Source: the human T2T-CHM13v2.0 reference genome, Homo sapiens | DNA: 64,000 bases | Direction: 5' to 3' (one strand) | Assembly (NCBI RefSeq): GCF_009914755.1 | Contig: NC_060929.1 | Shown: positions 21,986 through 42,819 of the stretch, piece by piece | How the letters are laid out: each line of letters begins with the position of its first letter | Numbering within the stretch: the first letter of the stretch is position 1 | The notes under the pieces: generated by a model | What the model was told of the DNA's origin: nothing | Databases searched by the model: none | The model's input: the letters and a program-made list of their open reading frames with translations, nothing else | Translations under genes and position numbers: made by a program

Positions 21986-22769
21986 GCTCTTAGACTTTTT
22001 GAATGACCTACTAATGCTTATTAAGCTTTTAAAATGCAGGTTCTGATTCAGTGGTCCTGTGTGGGACCTGAAATTCTTCATTTCTAACAAATAGTTTTAA
22101 TGCTGCTGATCCACATACCACATTTTGATTAGGAAGGCCTTAAACTAGTCTTAATGTTAAGAAGAAGACACAGCAAGCAGTGTCATTAAGACTACGTGCA
22201 AACATGTGTGTGAACATAGAGAATCAAAGGGTGGGATATATAGCCATATAATGAAAAGCTCTGTGGAATATACAGAAGCAGAATAGCATTTTGGTTAAAA
22301 GTATGAAGTCCGGAATCTGACAAACTTTATTTCAAGCTACCAGCTCCATCATTCACAATCTATATAACCTTAGAAAAGTAACTTAATATTGATAAGCTTC
22401 TGTTCTTTAAACAATTAAGGGTGGCAATAATAGGCTGAACCTATGATATTGACATTTTTATAAGTGGGAAATGTTCAACTGCGGGCTGTTTCATGCAGTT
22501 TGACCTAATACTACCACTTACTGGAGCAATTGTTAACATTAAAATGGATAGCACATGAGACGATCATAGTACATTGCCAGGCACAGAATTAAAACACAAT
22601 AAATTCTAGTATGTATCCCTTTATTCTGAGTCATGTTTGTTTGTATATGTGTACTTCTAAATATGAAGATGTGAAGCAAGTGGCTATTTTTGTCCTTTAC
22701 TATCTGAAGATTTCTTGGATTTTTTTTCCTTTTCTTTTCCTCCCCCTATTAATATAACATTGTAGCAAA

Positions 22770-23000
22770 ATCACTAGCCCTGGATGGAGACTGCTTGAAT
22801 TCCAATCCACCAGGTATCAGCTGTATAACTTTTGGAAAGTTACTTACTCTTCCTATGCCTCAATTTTCTCATCTGTAAAATGGGGAATTTAATAGTATTT
22901 ACCTAACAGGATTGTTGTGATATTAAATGAGTCAATATGTATAAACTAATTACAGCAGAGCTTGGCACATAATAAATGTTATATAAGTGTTTAGGTGATG
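22770..23000 (+). mobile_element. MIR
   Basis: Core motif cctcaattttctcatctgtaaaatgggg...cttggcacataataa. Confidence 0.75.
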
Positions 23001-23145
23001 AATGGATGGATAAGAAAGATACATACTCTACTTCTGACAATCTGACTATTCTTCCTAAAATAACTTGTTGATAATTGATCAATTCTAATGAAATAATAGT
23101 TACTAAACAATAAAACAACTGGTTAACAATCAATAAAACCAGTAA

Positions 23146-23421
<276 letters not shown>

Positions 23422-24747
23422 ATGGGTAGAGAAAAAAATCTATAGAAACAATCTGAAATCTGGAAGAGACCTTAGAGACAATCTAGTTAAATTTCTTCAT
23501 TTTACAGTTAAGAAATATGATACATAAAAAAATAAAAATTTTTCAAATATGCACATAAGTGATTTGGGTTGGGGGGTCCTTGAACCATCTTGGAGCTTCT
23601 CATCTCTCCTTAGCTATCACTCACCAATTTCCTTTCCCAGCAAATTTCCAACCAGGTGCTATCAAGAGACAGAAATTACTGGTCTCAATTTTACTTTTTT
23701 CTCTACTTCTAATCACCCTCCATGAGAAGATTAACCAGTTATAACCTTTCAATATATATCTACTACAGTTGTATTTCAGTTGCCCATGCAATTTATACTC
23801 ATTCACCCAAAGATGGTTCTGAGGTCCTACGGGACCACCTCAGGACCTTGGGACTGATGCAGGCAAATTTGAAGAACTTACTTTTTGCTGTAGCCTGCAA
23901 CTGCACCAAAGAGACCATCTGCACAAGAGCCAGTGTTGAAATTGCCAGAGATAGTCTCAGTTGTTCAGTAGAAGCACAATTTAAAACATGAGTCAGAACT
24001 ATTATCCCTTTTTAAATATTTTGTAAAATACATTGTAGCTCAAAGAAAAATAATAGAAAGCACAGTTGATAGAAAGTAAGAGATAAAGCTGAGGAAGAAA
24101 GTTTTACTTGGCTCCCTTTGGTATCTGAATTGACTGAGTTCTAAAACATAGCATCCACGATTCAAGTCCATAAGACTTGAACAAAACAGGTAACACTGGA
24201 ATGAACAATTCTCCAACTAAAACACACCCCACAAAATTATATCAAAATATATCACAGTCCTATTTGTTTTAGAGTTAGAGGGTTTATCCTACACTTAAAG
24301 CCTGTTTTAGTAGAATGTCATTATGTTGAATAGAGCAGGGACAGAGGCTGGAATGGAAAAACACAGTAGCTTAAAGAGCAAAGATTTTATTTCTTTCTCA
24401 TACAACAGAGCATAGCATGCCTATCTATAAAGTGCGCTAGGAAATGCAGTCTGTAGCTGGAGAATCACTTTCCAGTCACAATTCTATTAGTGTCAAAGCA
24501 AAAACAAAAACAAAAACAGGATTTGGAGGTCAGCCAGCAGTCTCTACTACATTCACAAATAGAGTTTAATGAAATGATACCTCAGTGAATCATAGTGAGG
24601 GTTCAAAAATCATTTGAAAGATAAGTACCTTTTAAGATTCATATCTTCTAAGTTTGTAAACTGGTTTATGTCAGAGTTCAGTATAATGACCTTGCATCCA
24701 GTAAAAATAATTGCTTCAATTCTAACATTCCACCACTATCAAAAGTT

Positions 24748-30452
<5,705 letters not shown>

Positions 30453-30459
30453 TGACCTA

Positions 30460-30665
30460 TATATAGTGTGGGTATGGTGGACAAAGGGGTAATTCACTTC
30501 TCAGGCAGGAGGAGAGAGGACCATGGAGATTTTGTCACGTTACTCAAATTGGCATGCAATTTAAAACATCAATTATTTATTTCTGAAATTTTCTATTTAA
30601 TATGTTTGGACTTTGGGCAATTGAAATCACAGAAAGAAAAATGGGGGATAAGAGGAGACTATTGT
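30460..30665. mobile_element. Tigger4/MER46-like fragment
   Basis: ggacaaaggggtaattcac...gcaatttaaaac...ggataagaggagactattgta terminus. Confidence 0.6.
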
Positions 30666-31889
30666 AAATTGATTAAAATCACACAGCTAGTAACTGGCAG
30701 AGCTGGAATTAGAATGCAAGTTGTATAACTCTAAAGCCTGCTCTTTATGTGATACTATGCTAGTCTCCCTGAAGCCTTCACCTGAGTACTAATCAGTGCA
30801 TGCATGTGAGGATACTACCAGATGCCAGGAAAAGAACCAGCCAAAAGGAGCAGTGGGGACAATCAGCAGTGTTAACATAGGACCAGGACTAATATGTGAC
30901 CAAAGTGGAAGTGATTCATGAATCATCAGGTAAGGTACTCATAAAATTGTTGCCTTTGTCCTGGGAAAAATTTAGCCCTAGACTGCTCAGCTTCTGCCTA
31001 ATAAAGCTTAAATTCAAGTCTCAAAAGAAGAAAATGGTCCTATCAACTTAATTACATACCCAAACAAATATTGATACAAAATAAAATATTTTGGTCCCAA
31101 GCTGTCCAGCCTCCCTAGCTCCAGCAGGGGAAAAATAAAATATTTTTTTATCAGTCACAAGACTATCAACACAAAAAAATAAAATATTTTGTATCAATCA
31201 CAAGAATATCAATACAAAAATATCCAACTCCTAACAAGGTAAAATCCACAATATCTTACATCCAATACAAAAGTATCAGGAACGCAAGAAAGAAGAAAAC
31301 TACCACCCATAATGAGGAGAAAAATCAATCCCTAGAAGTGAATTCAGAAATGAGAGCAATGGTGAAATTAGTAGAAAGGACATTGTAATAAATAGTCAAT
31401 TTAACTGTATTCCATATGTTTACTAAGACAGAGAAAAGATTGAGCTTGTTAAATAGAAATATAGAAGATACAAAAACTATCCCAAATCATACTTATAGAA
31501 ATAAAAAATGTAACATCTGAAATTTACAATATACTTGATGACATTAATAGTGTATTAGAATCTGCAGGAGAAAAACTGGTGAACTTGAGGATGTAGCATA
31601 GAAGAAAACCAAATTAAAACACAGAGAGAAATACTGAAAAAAAAAATGCATAGGGAATCAGTGAGCTGTGCTACAACTTCAAGCGGTCAAATTTATATGT
31701 AACTGCTGTTCCCAAAGAAGAGAGGACAGAAAAAATATTTGAAGAAATAATGGGCAAAAATTTTCCAAATCTCATGAAAGCTATAAACTCACAGATTCAA
31801 GTTCAATATAACCCAAGCACAGGAAACATGACAAAAATGACACAAAATCACATTGTTTAGAAAATTTAAAAGTGATGAGGAAAATAATC

Positions 31890-32188
31890 TTTTTTTTTTT
31901 TTTTTTTTTTTTTTGAGACAGAGTCTCACTCTGTCGCCCAGGCTGGAGTGCAGTGGCGCGATCTTGGCTCACAGCAAGCTCTGCCTCCCGGGTTCACGCC
32001 ATTCTCCTGCCTCATCCTCCTGCAACTGGGACTCCTGCCTCAGCCTCCTGTAGCTGGGACTACAGGCGCCCGCCACCACACCCAGCTAATTTTTTGTATT
32101 TTTAGTAGAGACGGGGTTTCACCGTGTTAGTCAGGATGGTCTCGATCTCCTGACCTCATGATCCACCCGCCTCGGCCGCCCAAAGTGC
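31890..32188 (-). mobile_element. AluY, 5'-truncated, with internal duplication
   Basis: Long T tail, gcaagctc/ttcacgccattc diagnostics; TSD GAAAATAATCT. Confidence 0.9.
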
Positions 32189-33037
32189 AGAAAATAATCT
32201 TAAAAGCAGCCAGAGGAGGAAATAAAACATATGTTAACCCTGGGTCATAAGATGTCAGTAGATTCCTTTTTGGAAATAATACAAACCATTAAACAGTAGA
32301 ACAAGATCTTTGAAGTATTGAAAGGAGCAACCTTCTATACCCAGCAAAATATATTTGAAAATTGAAGGCAAAGAAAAAGACTTTTTCAGACATACAATGA
32401 CTAAAAGAATTCATTCCCAACATACCTGCACTACAAACAAATATTAAAGAAAGTCCCTCCAGCAAAAGAAAAATGATTACCAGATAAATATATAGATTTA
32501 CACAAAGGAATTCAGGACATAAAATTCGTAACTACAGGGGTAAATATACAAGGTAAACTTTTCTAATTTAAAAAATCTCTTTAGAAGATAATTGACTATT
32601 CAAACAAAATAATAATGTATGTTTATAAAAGTTGTAGAAATAAAAAATATGACAGCAATTACACAGAGGCCAAGAAAAAAGAAAGAGATGTACTTGTTTG
32701 TAACATATTTAAGCTACACACAAAGTGATATAATATTACTTGAAGGTGGACTGTGACAATATAAAGATATGTGCTTACTATTAACTCTAAAGCAGCCACA
32801 CAAAAACAGACCTAAAACTAATAAGCAAATAAAAGAATTAAGAGGAATTTTAAAAACTACTGAATTAATTTTTTAAATGGAAGAGAAAAAAAGGAAACAA
32901 AGATGGGAAAAAATCTAATAGCAAGATGATAGATTTAAACCCAATTTATCAACAATCATATTAAATATAAATGGTCTGAATACTTCAATTAAAAGTAAAA
33001 GGCTTTCAGATTGTATTTTTAAAAAGCTCCACAGAAA

Positions 33038-33350
33038 AGCATGGTAGCTCTCACCTGTAGTCCCAGCACTTTGGGAGGCCAAGGTGGGCAGATCACCAGA
33101 GGTCAAGAGTTCAAGACAAGCCTGGCCAACATGGCGAAACCCTGCCTCTACTAAAAAATACAAAAAGTAGCCGGGCATAGTGGCAGGTGCCTGTGATCCC
33201 AGCTACTCAGGATGCTGAGGCAGGGAGAATTGCTTGAACCTGGGAAGTGGAGGTTGCAGTGAGCCAAGATTAATTGCACCACTGCATTCCAGCCTGGGCG
33301 GCACAGTAAGACTCTGTCTCACAAAATAATAATATTAATAATAAAATAAA
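33038..33350 (+). mobile_element. AluS
   Basis: Dimeric Alu with AAT-rich tail. Confidence 0.88.
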
Positions 33351-34021
33351 ATTTTTAGAAAGCCCTACAAAACAGTAACTTTAAATGTAAGACATAAATA
33401 GGTTAAAGACAATGTGTGGATAAAGATATACCATGCTATCATTAATCAAAAGCAGACATGTGTTTATTAGCATTAGACAAACTAGATTTCAGAATAAATA
33501 AAATTATCAGGAAGAAATGTTAATACAAACTACGATAATTAAAATAGCTTCATATTGACCCAGGCATACCTATATAGCTATAGACATATATGATAAGGCA
33601 CCTGTTGAAATCAATGGGGGAAAATAAATTATTCAAGAAAAATATTCAAATAAAAATTTGTTTTATAAAAGGTAAATGCCTGTCTTATATTTTAGCCCAG
33701 AGTTAATGGGAGATCAAAGATTTAAATGTAGTAATTAAAATAATGTTCACTACTGTGAACAAAAATGGTTTCCTTGTTGTAAATACAAATAGGTAAGGCC
33801 TTTCCAACTATGACACAAAAGAATCCATGGGAAAAGTACTTAAGAATTTAATTAGATTTTTTAAAAAATCTTCATAGCAGAAACCACTGTAAGCAAAGTC
33901 AAAAACAAATCACAAACATATAGGTAATATCTGCAATTCATTTGCTAACAAAGGGATAATTTTCCTAATTTAAAAAGATCTCCTTCAAATTAGTAAGGAA
34001 ATTTCCAACAACCCTTTAGAA

Positions 34022-34250
34022 CAGGGGTGTCCAATCTTTTGGCTTCCCTGGGCCACATTGGAGGAAGAAAAATTGTCTTGGGCCACATATAAAATACACT
34101 AACACTAATGATAGCTGATGAGATAAAACAAAAATTGCAAAAAAAAAATCTCATAATGTTTTGAGAAATTTTATGAATTTGTGTTGGGCTGCATTCAAAG
34201 CCATCCTGGGCAGCATGCAGCTTGCAGGCTGCAGGTTGAACAAGCTGGCT
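34022..34250. mobile_element. MER30-like hAT element
   Basis: caggggtgtccaatcttttggcttccctgggccacattgg...gttgaacaagct. Confidence 0.85.
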
Positions 34251-35497
34251 TTAGAACATCCAGCAAAGCATTTAAGCAGACAGTTCACATAAAAAGAAAT
34301 ACAAGTTGTCCTTATGCATATATAAACTAAAGATATTTACTATAAACTCTAAAGTAACTGCCACAAAAAAGTCAACTTGACTCATAACAAAATAAAGTCA
34401 AATTACAACAACACTGACACATAAGTTTTACTCATCAGTTTGGCAAAACCAGTAAGTTTGATAACATCTTATGTTGACAGGGAACTGACATTTTCATGAT
34501 ATTAGACAATTTTACTGGTATTTCTATAAATAGATATTATATAGTCAGATGATAGGTAGATAGATAATATCTATCCAAGTTAAAAATGAACATACCTTTT
34601 AACCTAGAAATTTTACTTGTAAGAATTTATCTTACAGATAATTCACACTTGGATAAAATGTACTAAATGATGAGTGAACAAGGTTATTCACTGAAGCATC
34701 ATTTAGAATAGCAAAGATTAAAAATAATTTTATAAAAACAAGAAAGTTAAATTTTGATATATTTTAAACAAAGGAAACTATAAATCGCTAAAAATTCTTA
34801 AGAAGCTCTTGATAAAATAATATGGAGCAGTATCTAAGATACTATTTGAAGAAAAAAGAACTCAATAGTATGTAACAATGTTATCATTTTTGTGAAAATA
34901 GTAAGTAAATAGATATGTATAAAATTTTCTGGATATGTAAACCTATGTATGTATATGCATACATGTATACATATGTATATAATATCTCTGGAAGAATAAA
35001 AGATAGCATTTATATAAACTTTTTTAAACCATATTGTTTTCAAGCACATATTTGTAAAAATAAAATTACAGAGACATACATGGTACTGATAAACACCAAA
35101 TTCAGAGTAGCAATTAACTTTGGAAAGGAGTAGTAATAATAGGATTATGCAATGATACACAGAGCCTTCAACTGTTCTGTAACTCTTTTGTAGGGTTGTC
35201 ATTTTCATATAATTTCAAGCTTGAAAAATAGTTAAAAGACAAGAACAAATAACTTTCATCCATCCTTTACCTATGTTTTAATATATTTTCATCTCTCTCT
35301 CTTCCTTCTTTCTTTCCTCCCTCTCTCTCTCTCTCCGTCTCTATCCACACAGACAAAAAAAAATACTTTATCTCTAAATGATAACAATGATTCAATGACC
35401 AAAATCAGAAAATTAAACATTGATTTAATATGATTAGCTAATCCATGGTCCATTGCATCTGTAATGTTATATTTTCTATAAAAAAAAATGTGAAGCA

Positions 35498-35787
35498 GCC
35501 TGGCCATAATTGTTCACACCTGTAATCCCAACACTTTGGAGGGTCAAAGTGGGTGGATCACTTGAAGCCAGGAGCTCTAGACCAGCCTGGGCAATAAGTG
35601 AGACTCTACCACTACAAAATATTTTTTTAAAAAAATTAGCTTGCCATGGTAGTGTGTGCCTGTAATCCTAGCTACTCAGGAGGTTAGGCAGGAAGATCCC
35701 TTGAATCCAGGAGTTTGAGGTTGCAGTAAGCTATGATTGTACCACTGCACTCCAGCCTGTGTGAGAGAGTGAGACTCTGTTAAAAAC
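35498..35787 (+). mobile_element. AluJ-like
   Basis: Diverged Alu, gcagtaagctatgattgtaccactgcactccagcc. Confidence 0.85.
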
Positions 35788-36057
35788 AAATGTTAAAACT
35801 GTTGGAGTTTATTAAAGGGGATGTGGACGTTTTATAATGCTACAATTTTCTGTGTCTTTAAAATAGTTTCCATTGCCTAAAAAAATAAAGATAATTTAAC
35901 CGTACATCAAATGATGTTATCTAGCTCATGTTTTAATCAGCCATCAATAAATATGTATTTTCTATCTGTGATGGAGACCATTTTCCTGGCCTCCAGGGTC
36001 TGGTCCCTAGGGTTCAGTTAAGGCAATTATTTCCCTCATCATGTCAGATAGATATGA

Positions 36058-36405
36058 ATGTTATGGACTGAATGTTTATGTTCCACCAAAATTCAAATGT
36101 TGAAGCCCTAATCTCTTATGTGAACGTATTTGGAGGTGGGGACTTTGGGAAGTAATTAGGTCCTAAGAGTGAAGCCTTCATGATGAAATTAAGAAGAGAC
36201 ACCAGAGAGATGATCTCTCTCTCCATCATGTGAGGATAAAGCAAAACTAAGGCCATCTGCAAGCCAGGAAGAGAGCCTTCACCAGGACTAAGTGGAGTCT
36301 GCCTTGACCTTGGACTTCCAGCATTCAGAACTGTAAGAAATAAATATCTGTTGTTTAAGACACCCCATTTATGGTATTTTGCTATAGCAGCCTGAGCAGA
36401 ATAAG
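36058..36405 (+). mobile_element. MaLR LTR (MLT1A/MST-like)
   Basis: tgttatggactgaatgtttatg...ggacttccagcattcagaactgtaagaaataaa...ttgctatagcagcctgag. Confidence 0.8.
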
Positions 36406-37807
36406 TCACCTAGCCTCACTCTGCAACGGAAAAATAATGACTCATGAAGATTGTCACTCCAAACCCTTTGCAAAGGAAGATACAAATGCCCAAGGCTGCT
36501 CATTACATAATTGCTCAGAAACACTGTTTCTCAGGTGTACACGATGCTGCACACGTCCACTGAGACACCTAGTGGTAGGCAGTTCTGTCTATCTGAAGAT
36601 AAAAAGCAAAACACTATGCTCAGTGTTTTGCATTTTAACTCATAAAATATAAAATTGGTTCTCTCCCCAAATGCTCAAAGACTTTTGTTTATTCTAACTC
36701 CTCTTTAAATCATGCCAATGAGGAATACAAACAAAACAGACTGTGTAAGCACATTGCCCTGGGTCAAAGTCAGCATGAAATGCTCTCATCTCCTAATCTT
36801 TGTACTAATTGACTATTCACTAACCTACTATATTGTTTTAATTATTAATTCTCATGGCTCTTTTAAAATCATTTATTTATAAAACAAAATATTATAGGAC
36901 ATTATCTGAATCTTCAGATTTATTCCACTGCAACTAGTAGTTGTTCAATAAATATTAAATATAATTGACTTACATTAAGATATAATGAGTGTAGGCAATG
37001 TGCTAGGTCCTAAACACAGATACAAATGCAGATATAAACATCATAATAGGAATTCAAATGCACGGATTGGAAATTATCAAGATCATTACAAAACGATTGT
37101 TCTCTATAAGAAATCCTTTCAAGAAGAGTAACCAACAAAAAAGCTCTAACTACAAAAATACAAAATTACATGGAAAAGGTAATGCAATTCATTGTATCAG
37201 AGAAGTTTGGGGGTTTGGGGGAAAGCAGGCATTCTTCGTTGAATTAAACAACAATGGAGCTATAAATTAGCACATCCTTTTAATAGGAATAACACCCACA
37301 CTACAGTTTTATAAATCTCTTCTTTCCAACCAGTGAGAGTAGCCTATACTCTCTGAGGTAAGAAGTCATTGAGTTTCTTTCCAGGTTTTGTAAAATCGCA
37401 AAGTAGGAAATATTTATTAAATATCTTTGTTTTAAATGCTTCTCTTCTTTTCAAATGCATTTTTGGAATAACTGTTCTTTAAAGGGGATTTGAACCTTTA
37501 GAACTGTTAGGAGCACATGAGGAAAGACTTGGGAACTTAGGAGTATAATTAATATTCTTAGGAGGTACTCTATATGAGTTATGAGTTCATACTACAAATG
37601 TTGAGGAACAAGAGCTATAAGTCAGAACAAAATGGGAGGCGGAATTCTGTTTGACTGAGTGACTATATTGGAGAAATTGCAGGTTTCGGGCCACACCGTG
37701 GGACCCTTACATACTGTTGATAAACTTTTTTGGTAAAAGTCTTGTAAACACTACAAGAGAGTCAAAACCAAACCTAACATAAGGCTGAGTGGTATAATTT
37801 CCTAGAG

Positions 37808-38362
<555 letters not shown>

Positions 38363-40531
38363 GCTCTAATCTCTGAAAATCTTTTCTAGGTGATATACCC
38401 ACATGAAGACAGTCCTCAGGCCAAACTCATAGATCCCAATTCTTTGCTATCCATTTATCCTCTTCTGAACTTTCTAGAGTCTCCTTTTCTGTTTCTTCCT
38501 CCCTCCACCCCCACATGTGTCTGGAATTGTCAGGCAGCTTTTTCTCAGAAGCCCCGAATGGCTGTGTGGGAAGAAATTAGACCTCGATGAGACAAACAAA
38601 ATGATTATTAGGGACTTGCTTTGTTTAAGAGAGGAAATACACTTGGGGTGATTGCTTAACCCAGAGATTATTACTGAGAAGAGTGGGACTCACAAAAGAG
38701 GAGACACCTGCAGGGCCTCAAACACTCCAGATGAGAAATAAGCTGAGGGCTACCCCTTGACTCACATAATGGTTACTTTGTAAAAGATCCTTTTATACAT
38801 AAACAACGTGTCTAAACTATGAAGCAAATTACACAATAGAGTCCAGTAGGTGAATAGATTTCTTGCAAATCCTGGTTGGCAATATTACTAGGAGGAGAGG
38901 AAAACAAAGAAAATGGCAGAATTTTTTATAACTCATCTTTCACAGCTAGAAGCTTTTTTTCTAACAGAATTTAATGAAACATTAAGAGCCACGGTTTCCT
39001 GCGCAAGAGTTATAGAACTGGTATGATGCCACAAGGCAGACATAAAAGATTAGGAAAGGAATGTTACCTGATGGCTGCATGTGATGACATCCTACTGACT
39101 CCTGTGAATGACTGCATCAGTCAGGGACCCACAGGAAACAAGGAGCATGCTCAAACTGGGTAATTGTGGGAAAGTTTACTAAGGAGACTCTTTACAAAGG
39201 ACATAAGCTGGAAAATCAAGACTAATCATATAATTTATTGTTGAAACTGTGCCACTTTTTTTTTCACAGTACTTTGAGTTGTTGTTTTAGGAATGGTGCC
39301 ACTTTTGAGGGTGAAAGGAAGCTTTATTAATAAATTGTTTCAGGACAATGGGTATAAACTGGGTCTAGGACAGCCAAACCATAACTTTTGCAATAGTGGT
39401 GTATACCAGGCTAGCAAAAATAAGGAGCTGTTATCACCTCTACCCCTACAAGGACAAAGGGAGGAAACAGTTACCAGAACCTGGCAGGCAGCAAGATGAA
39501 AAGTTTAACAAACAGGAACTGTGGCCCTCTATAAAGGAAAGCATCCAATCTACAGTGAGCCAACAGCTGGAGAGTGGGTGAATTAAAATCCGAACTTCAC
39601 TGTCTTACTACTTTCTGATCTCTTGCCAATATCTCACATTAGGTGAACTCAACCAGAAGCTGGAGGTCAGCGGAGCCTGTGGATGCAGTCCTTATGGGTC
39701 TGCTTCCAAGGCATAAAGCCACATAGGGAAGGACAGAGATTAGACCTAAAGGGGAAATTAGAAGATATCCGGCATAGTAAATATCCTTGCAAAGTATCCA
39801 GAACTGAAACTATCCTTTAGCTCTGACTTCTTCCAAAACTTTTTTTGAAGCATTCTAAGAAAGCTCAACTCCTATATTCTTCTTGAACAACCTTCTCCCT
39901 ATTCATGTCCTGTTATGTTGTAGAAAAACAGTAAAGTAAGCAAGAACTTGTTTTACCCCCACCGGCTGGGAGTAAGACTGTTTCTTCACAGAGCAATGAA
40001 CGTAAGCATGAGGTTTACATGAATATATTTAGTCTCCTCACTCTCCAATTCAAAAAGATCTGGGAACATTTCACAGCCATGGGCTGATTATGCAGGTATC
40101 ATCAGCCTGGGAATATAATGAAATAAAAAAGTTGTTTTTCACATTTGTCATAGGAAACTCCTTCACCTACTTTCTGGTCCACAAATGTTCCCAAGAGATC
40201 TTAGAGGAACTATGGAGTCTGGTGAACCACATCAATGATTCAGACCAACAGCAAATCTGCATGAGCATAAACATAAAATGCAAAGGAAACAGGCAAAATA
40301 AATATCACTTTCAGAGGTGAACACTAGCCACTTCTCCTTACATAAATACCATGCTTGGCTATAAACAAGGTAGAATATGAAAAAAAGAAACAATGTCCAC
40401 CTCTGAAAGTGTGACACTCTCTTTTATATGAGCATATGAAAACCAAGAAGTAGAATGATTTTATGACTTGTGTCCTGGAGGGTCCAGAGCAATACACTTT
40501 ACTTTCAAGACCAAAGAACACCCTTCTGCTA

Positions 40532-40541
40532 GGGAAACTCC
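40532..40541 (+). promoter_or_regulatory. Distal NF-kB site (about -3.8 kb)
   Basis: GGGAAACTCC about 3.8 kb upstream of the TSS region; agrees with the reported IL-1b/TNF-responsive TSLP element (recalled). Confidence 0.75.
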
Positions 40542-42819
40542 ATTATTACACCCTTTCTAAATTATTACCAAGCTTAAGCTGTGTCATTGACTTTTCTTAA
40601 TCCAAAGAGACAGATCTCCCCCATCTCATCAATAACCTCTCTGATATCCCTTCCATTTTTTAAAATCCCATAATTATATTATTGAATAAGGTAAAAAAAA
40701 ATACCAATCTCCTTTTGGCAACTATTTTTCAAATCCAAACTGAGTTTTGCATGAGTTCTAGGCTACTTTAAATATTCAGGACAATTCAAGGAAGAGGAGG
40801 AAAGACATAAATTTAAAAAGAAGGAGGGAAAGAATAAGAGAATAAAAGAAGGAGTGGGAAACAATAACGAAATGAAAGAAACAGTGAGAAGCATTATTAA
40901 AACAAGAAATAAAAGTATTAAGAAAATTAATGAATGATTTATCTTTTTAGTGAGGGTAGGAGAAAAGAGCTATGTCATGGATCATTTTCTGGTCCTTCAC
41001 ATGGGTAAGAGTATTGCCTAAGCTTCCTGAGTAATCACAGAGTGTTACAAATGATGTCACTTCTATTTCCATATGGAAGACACACCATTCTTGACCTAAC
41101 CTAGGATTTCCCAAACTACGTATGCAGATACTGTTCACTCCTTCAGCATTTGGACAAATGAAAAGAGAAGGAAAACAGGAAGCTTTTCAGCTCACCCTGA
41201 ATTTTCACAGATGGCCCTGGTCTGAATTGTTGCCCCAGGTGAGACATAAGCAGATTCCAGGAAGACAGCAGCAAAGAGCTAGAAAAAGAAGTATTTATAG
41301 AGAGGTTCTTTCAATGGAAAAGAATTTGCTTCCTGACAATGATCTTCATAGAAGGTTAATATGCTTAAGCACATTGAGAATTCATTGAATATCTATTACA
41401 TGTAGTACAGAAGACAGCCCTATTGTGGTTATGATGATGACCATAAGCTTAAGAAAAACTGGCTTTCATGATGAATTTGTGTGTGGTAGAGCTTGTCATA
41501 GTCTACCCCTTGTAGTGGCAGTTTAGAAGCTCAAAACTCACTTTTGAGATCAATTGTTATAATTCTCCAGTTTTTAGTAATGCTTTTCTATAGCCTTCCC
41601 TGCACCTGATTCTAACCGCCCTATTCCTTTGCTCCATTCTCTTGTCTCACCTTGACTGTTTTTTTACCTTTTGACACCAATGTATTTATTGCAAATCACT
41701 TCAAATGCTACTGGAAAGGTAAATAGTGAACAAATGAACTGCTATAAAACATTACCTACTTTTAAAGAACTCGCAATCTAATAGAGAGATAAGGTTGAAA
41801 AACATTATTGAAATGTTAAGTAATCTATAGAAGCCATAGAAAGAAGTCCAAAATAGATACGGCTTACAGGATAATGAGGTCACATCCTGGTAGGAGACCA
41901 CTTTTGGAGACATCAAATAAGATGAACATGGCAAGACATGAAAATCTAACATCTCAGATTGGGAAGAAAACAGCTCAGAGCATGTTTAGAGCATATTACC
42001 TTCAGATACTGTTTGCTGGAAGCCTAGGAAAATGAAGGAAATAGGGCTGGAAAGACAGCTTGGAGCCAACGCAGGAGGGATAATTGTAATCTCAAAACAA
42101 CCTTGAGTAGGTTGTTTTGCCATAACTTTTTGAGCAGACAAGTAATATAATCCAGGTGATCTAAGAGGTCACATAATTACAGATAAGGAAATTGGGGGCA
42201 AAAGGAACAAGTGTTTAGCAATGTTTTAACAGACAAAGAGACACCTGGGATGCCTTAGAAAGAGATACCCTGCCTACCTCATCTGAACAAAGACTCTACA
42301 TAGATCATAGACACAAGGGGTTTTTAAAAGAGGAAACAAAAAAAGGGAGGCAGCCTGGTTATACCTCCAGAAGAATGCAAGTCGAAGCTCAGTGTAGGCT
42401 GCTTTCTGTTGTTCTTGCCCCCATCAGCAATCAAGAGATGAAGCCGAAGGTTCTAGTGGGCACTCACACTCTCTGGCCCTACAGCAAGCCACTAGAGGGG
42501 AAGGCATGTCAGGTGAGGGTGACAGAAGCAGCCACCATGCCCTTTCCTTTGTCTCTTGGAGCTATCCCAGCCCAGTGAAGAAATCTAAGTTTAGCTCCTG
42601 TCTGCCTATGTAATAATGTCCAGCTGCCGACCAGAATAATCTCTGATGTCACAATAGATTAATCAGGTTTTGGCATCATCCCACAATACCCTGAGAAGTT
42701 GGTGATGGGGGAAGAGTGGACTTTTTTTTCAAAGAATGCTGTGGTGACTCGAGTACAACACATGAAGAATTCCAGAAAAGAGCCATTTTTGAAGTCAGCG
42801 GTGAATCAGAGGTTTTCTG

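Larger units (their letters stand above)
31200..33510 (+). mobile_element. Ancient L1M 5'/ORF1/ORF2-start remnant
   Basis: gaaaaaatatttgaagaaataatg, cttaaaagcagccaga, ttaaatataaatggtctgaatacttcaattaaaag motifs. Confidence 0.7.
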
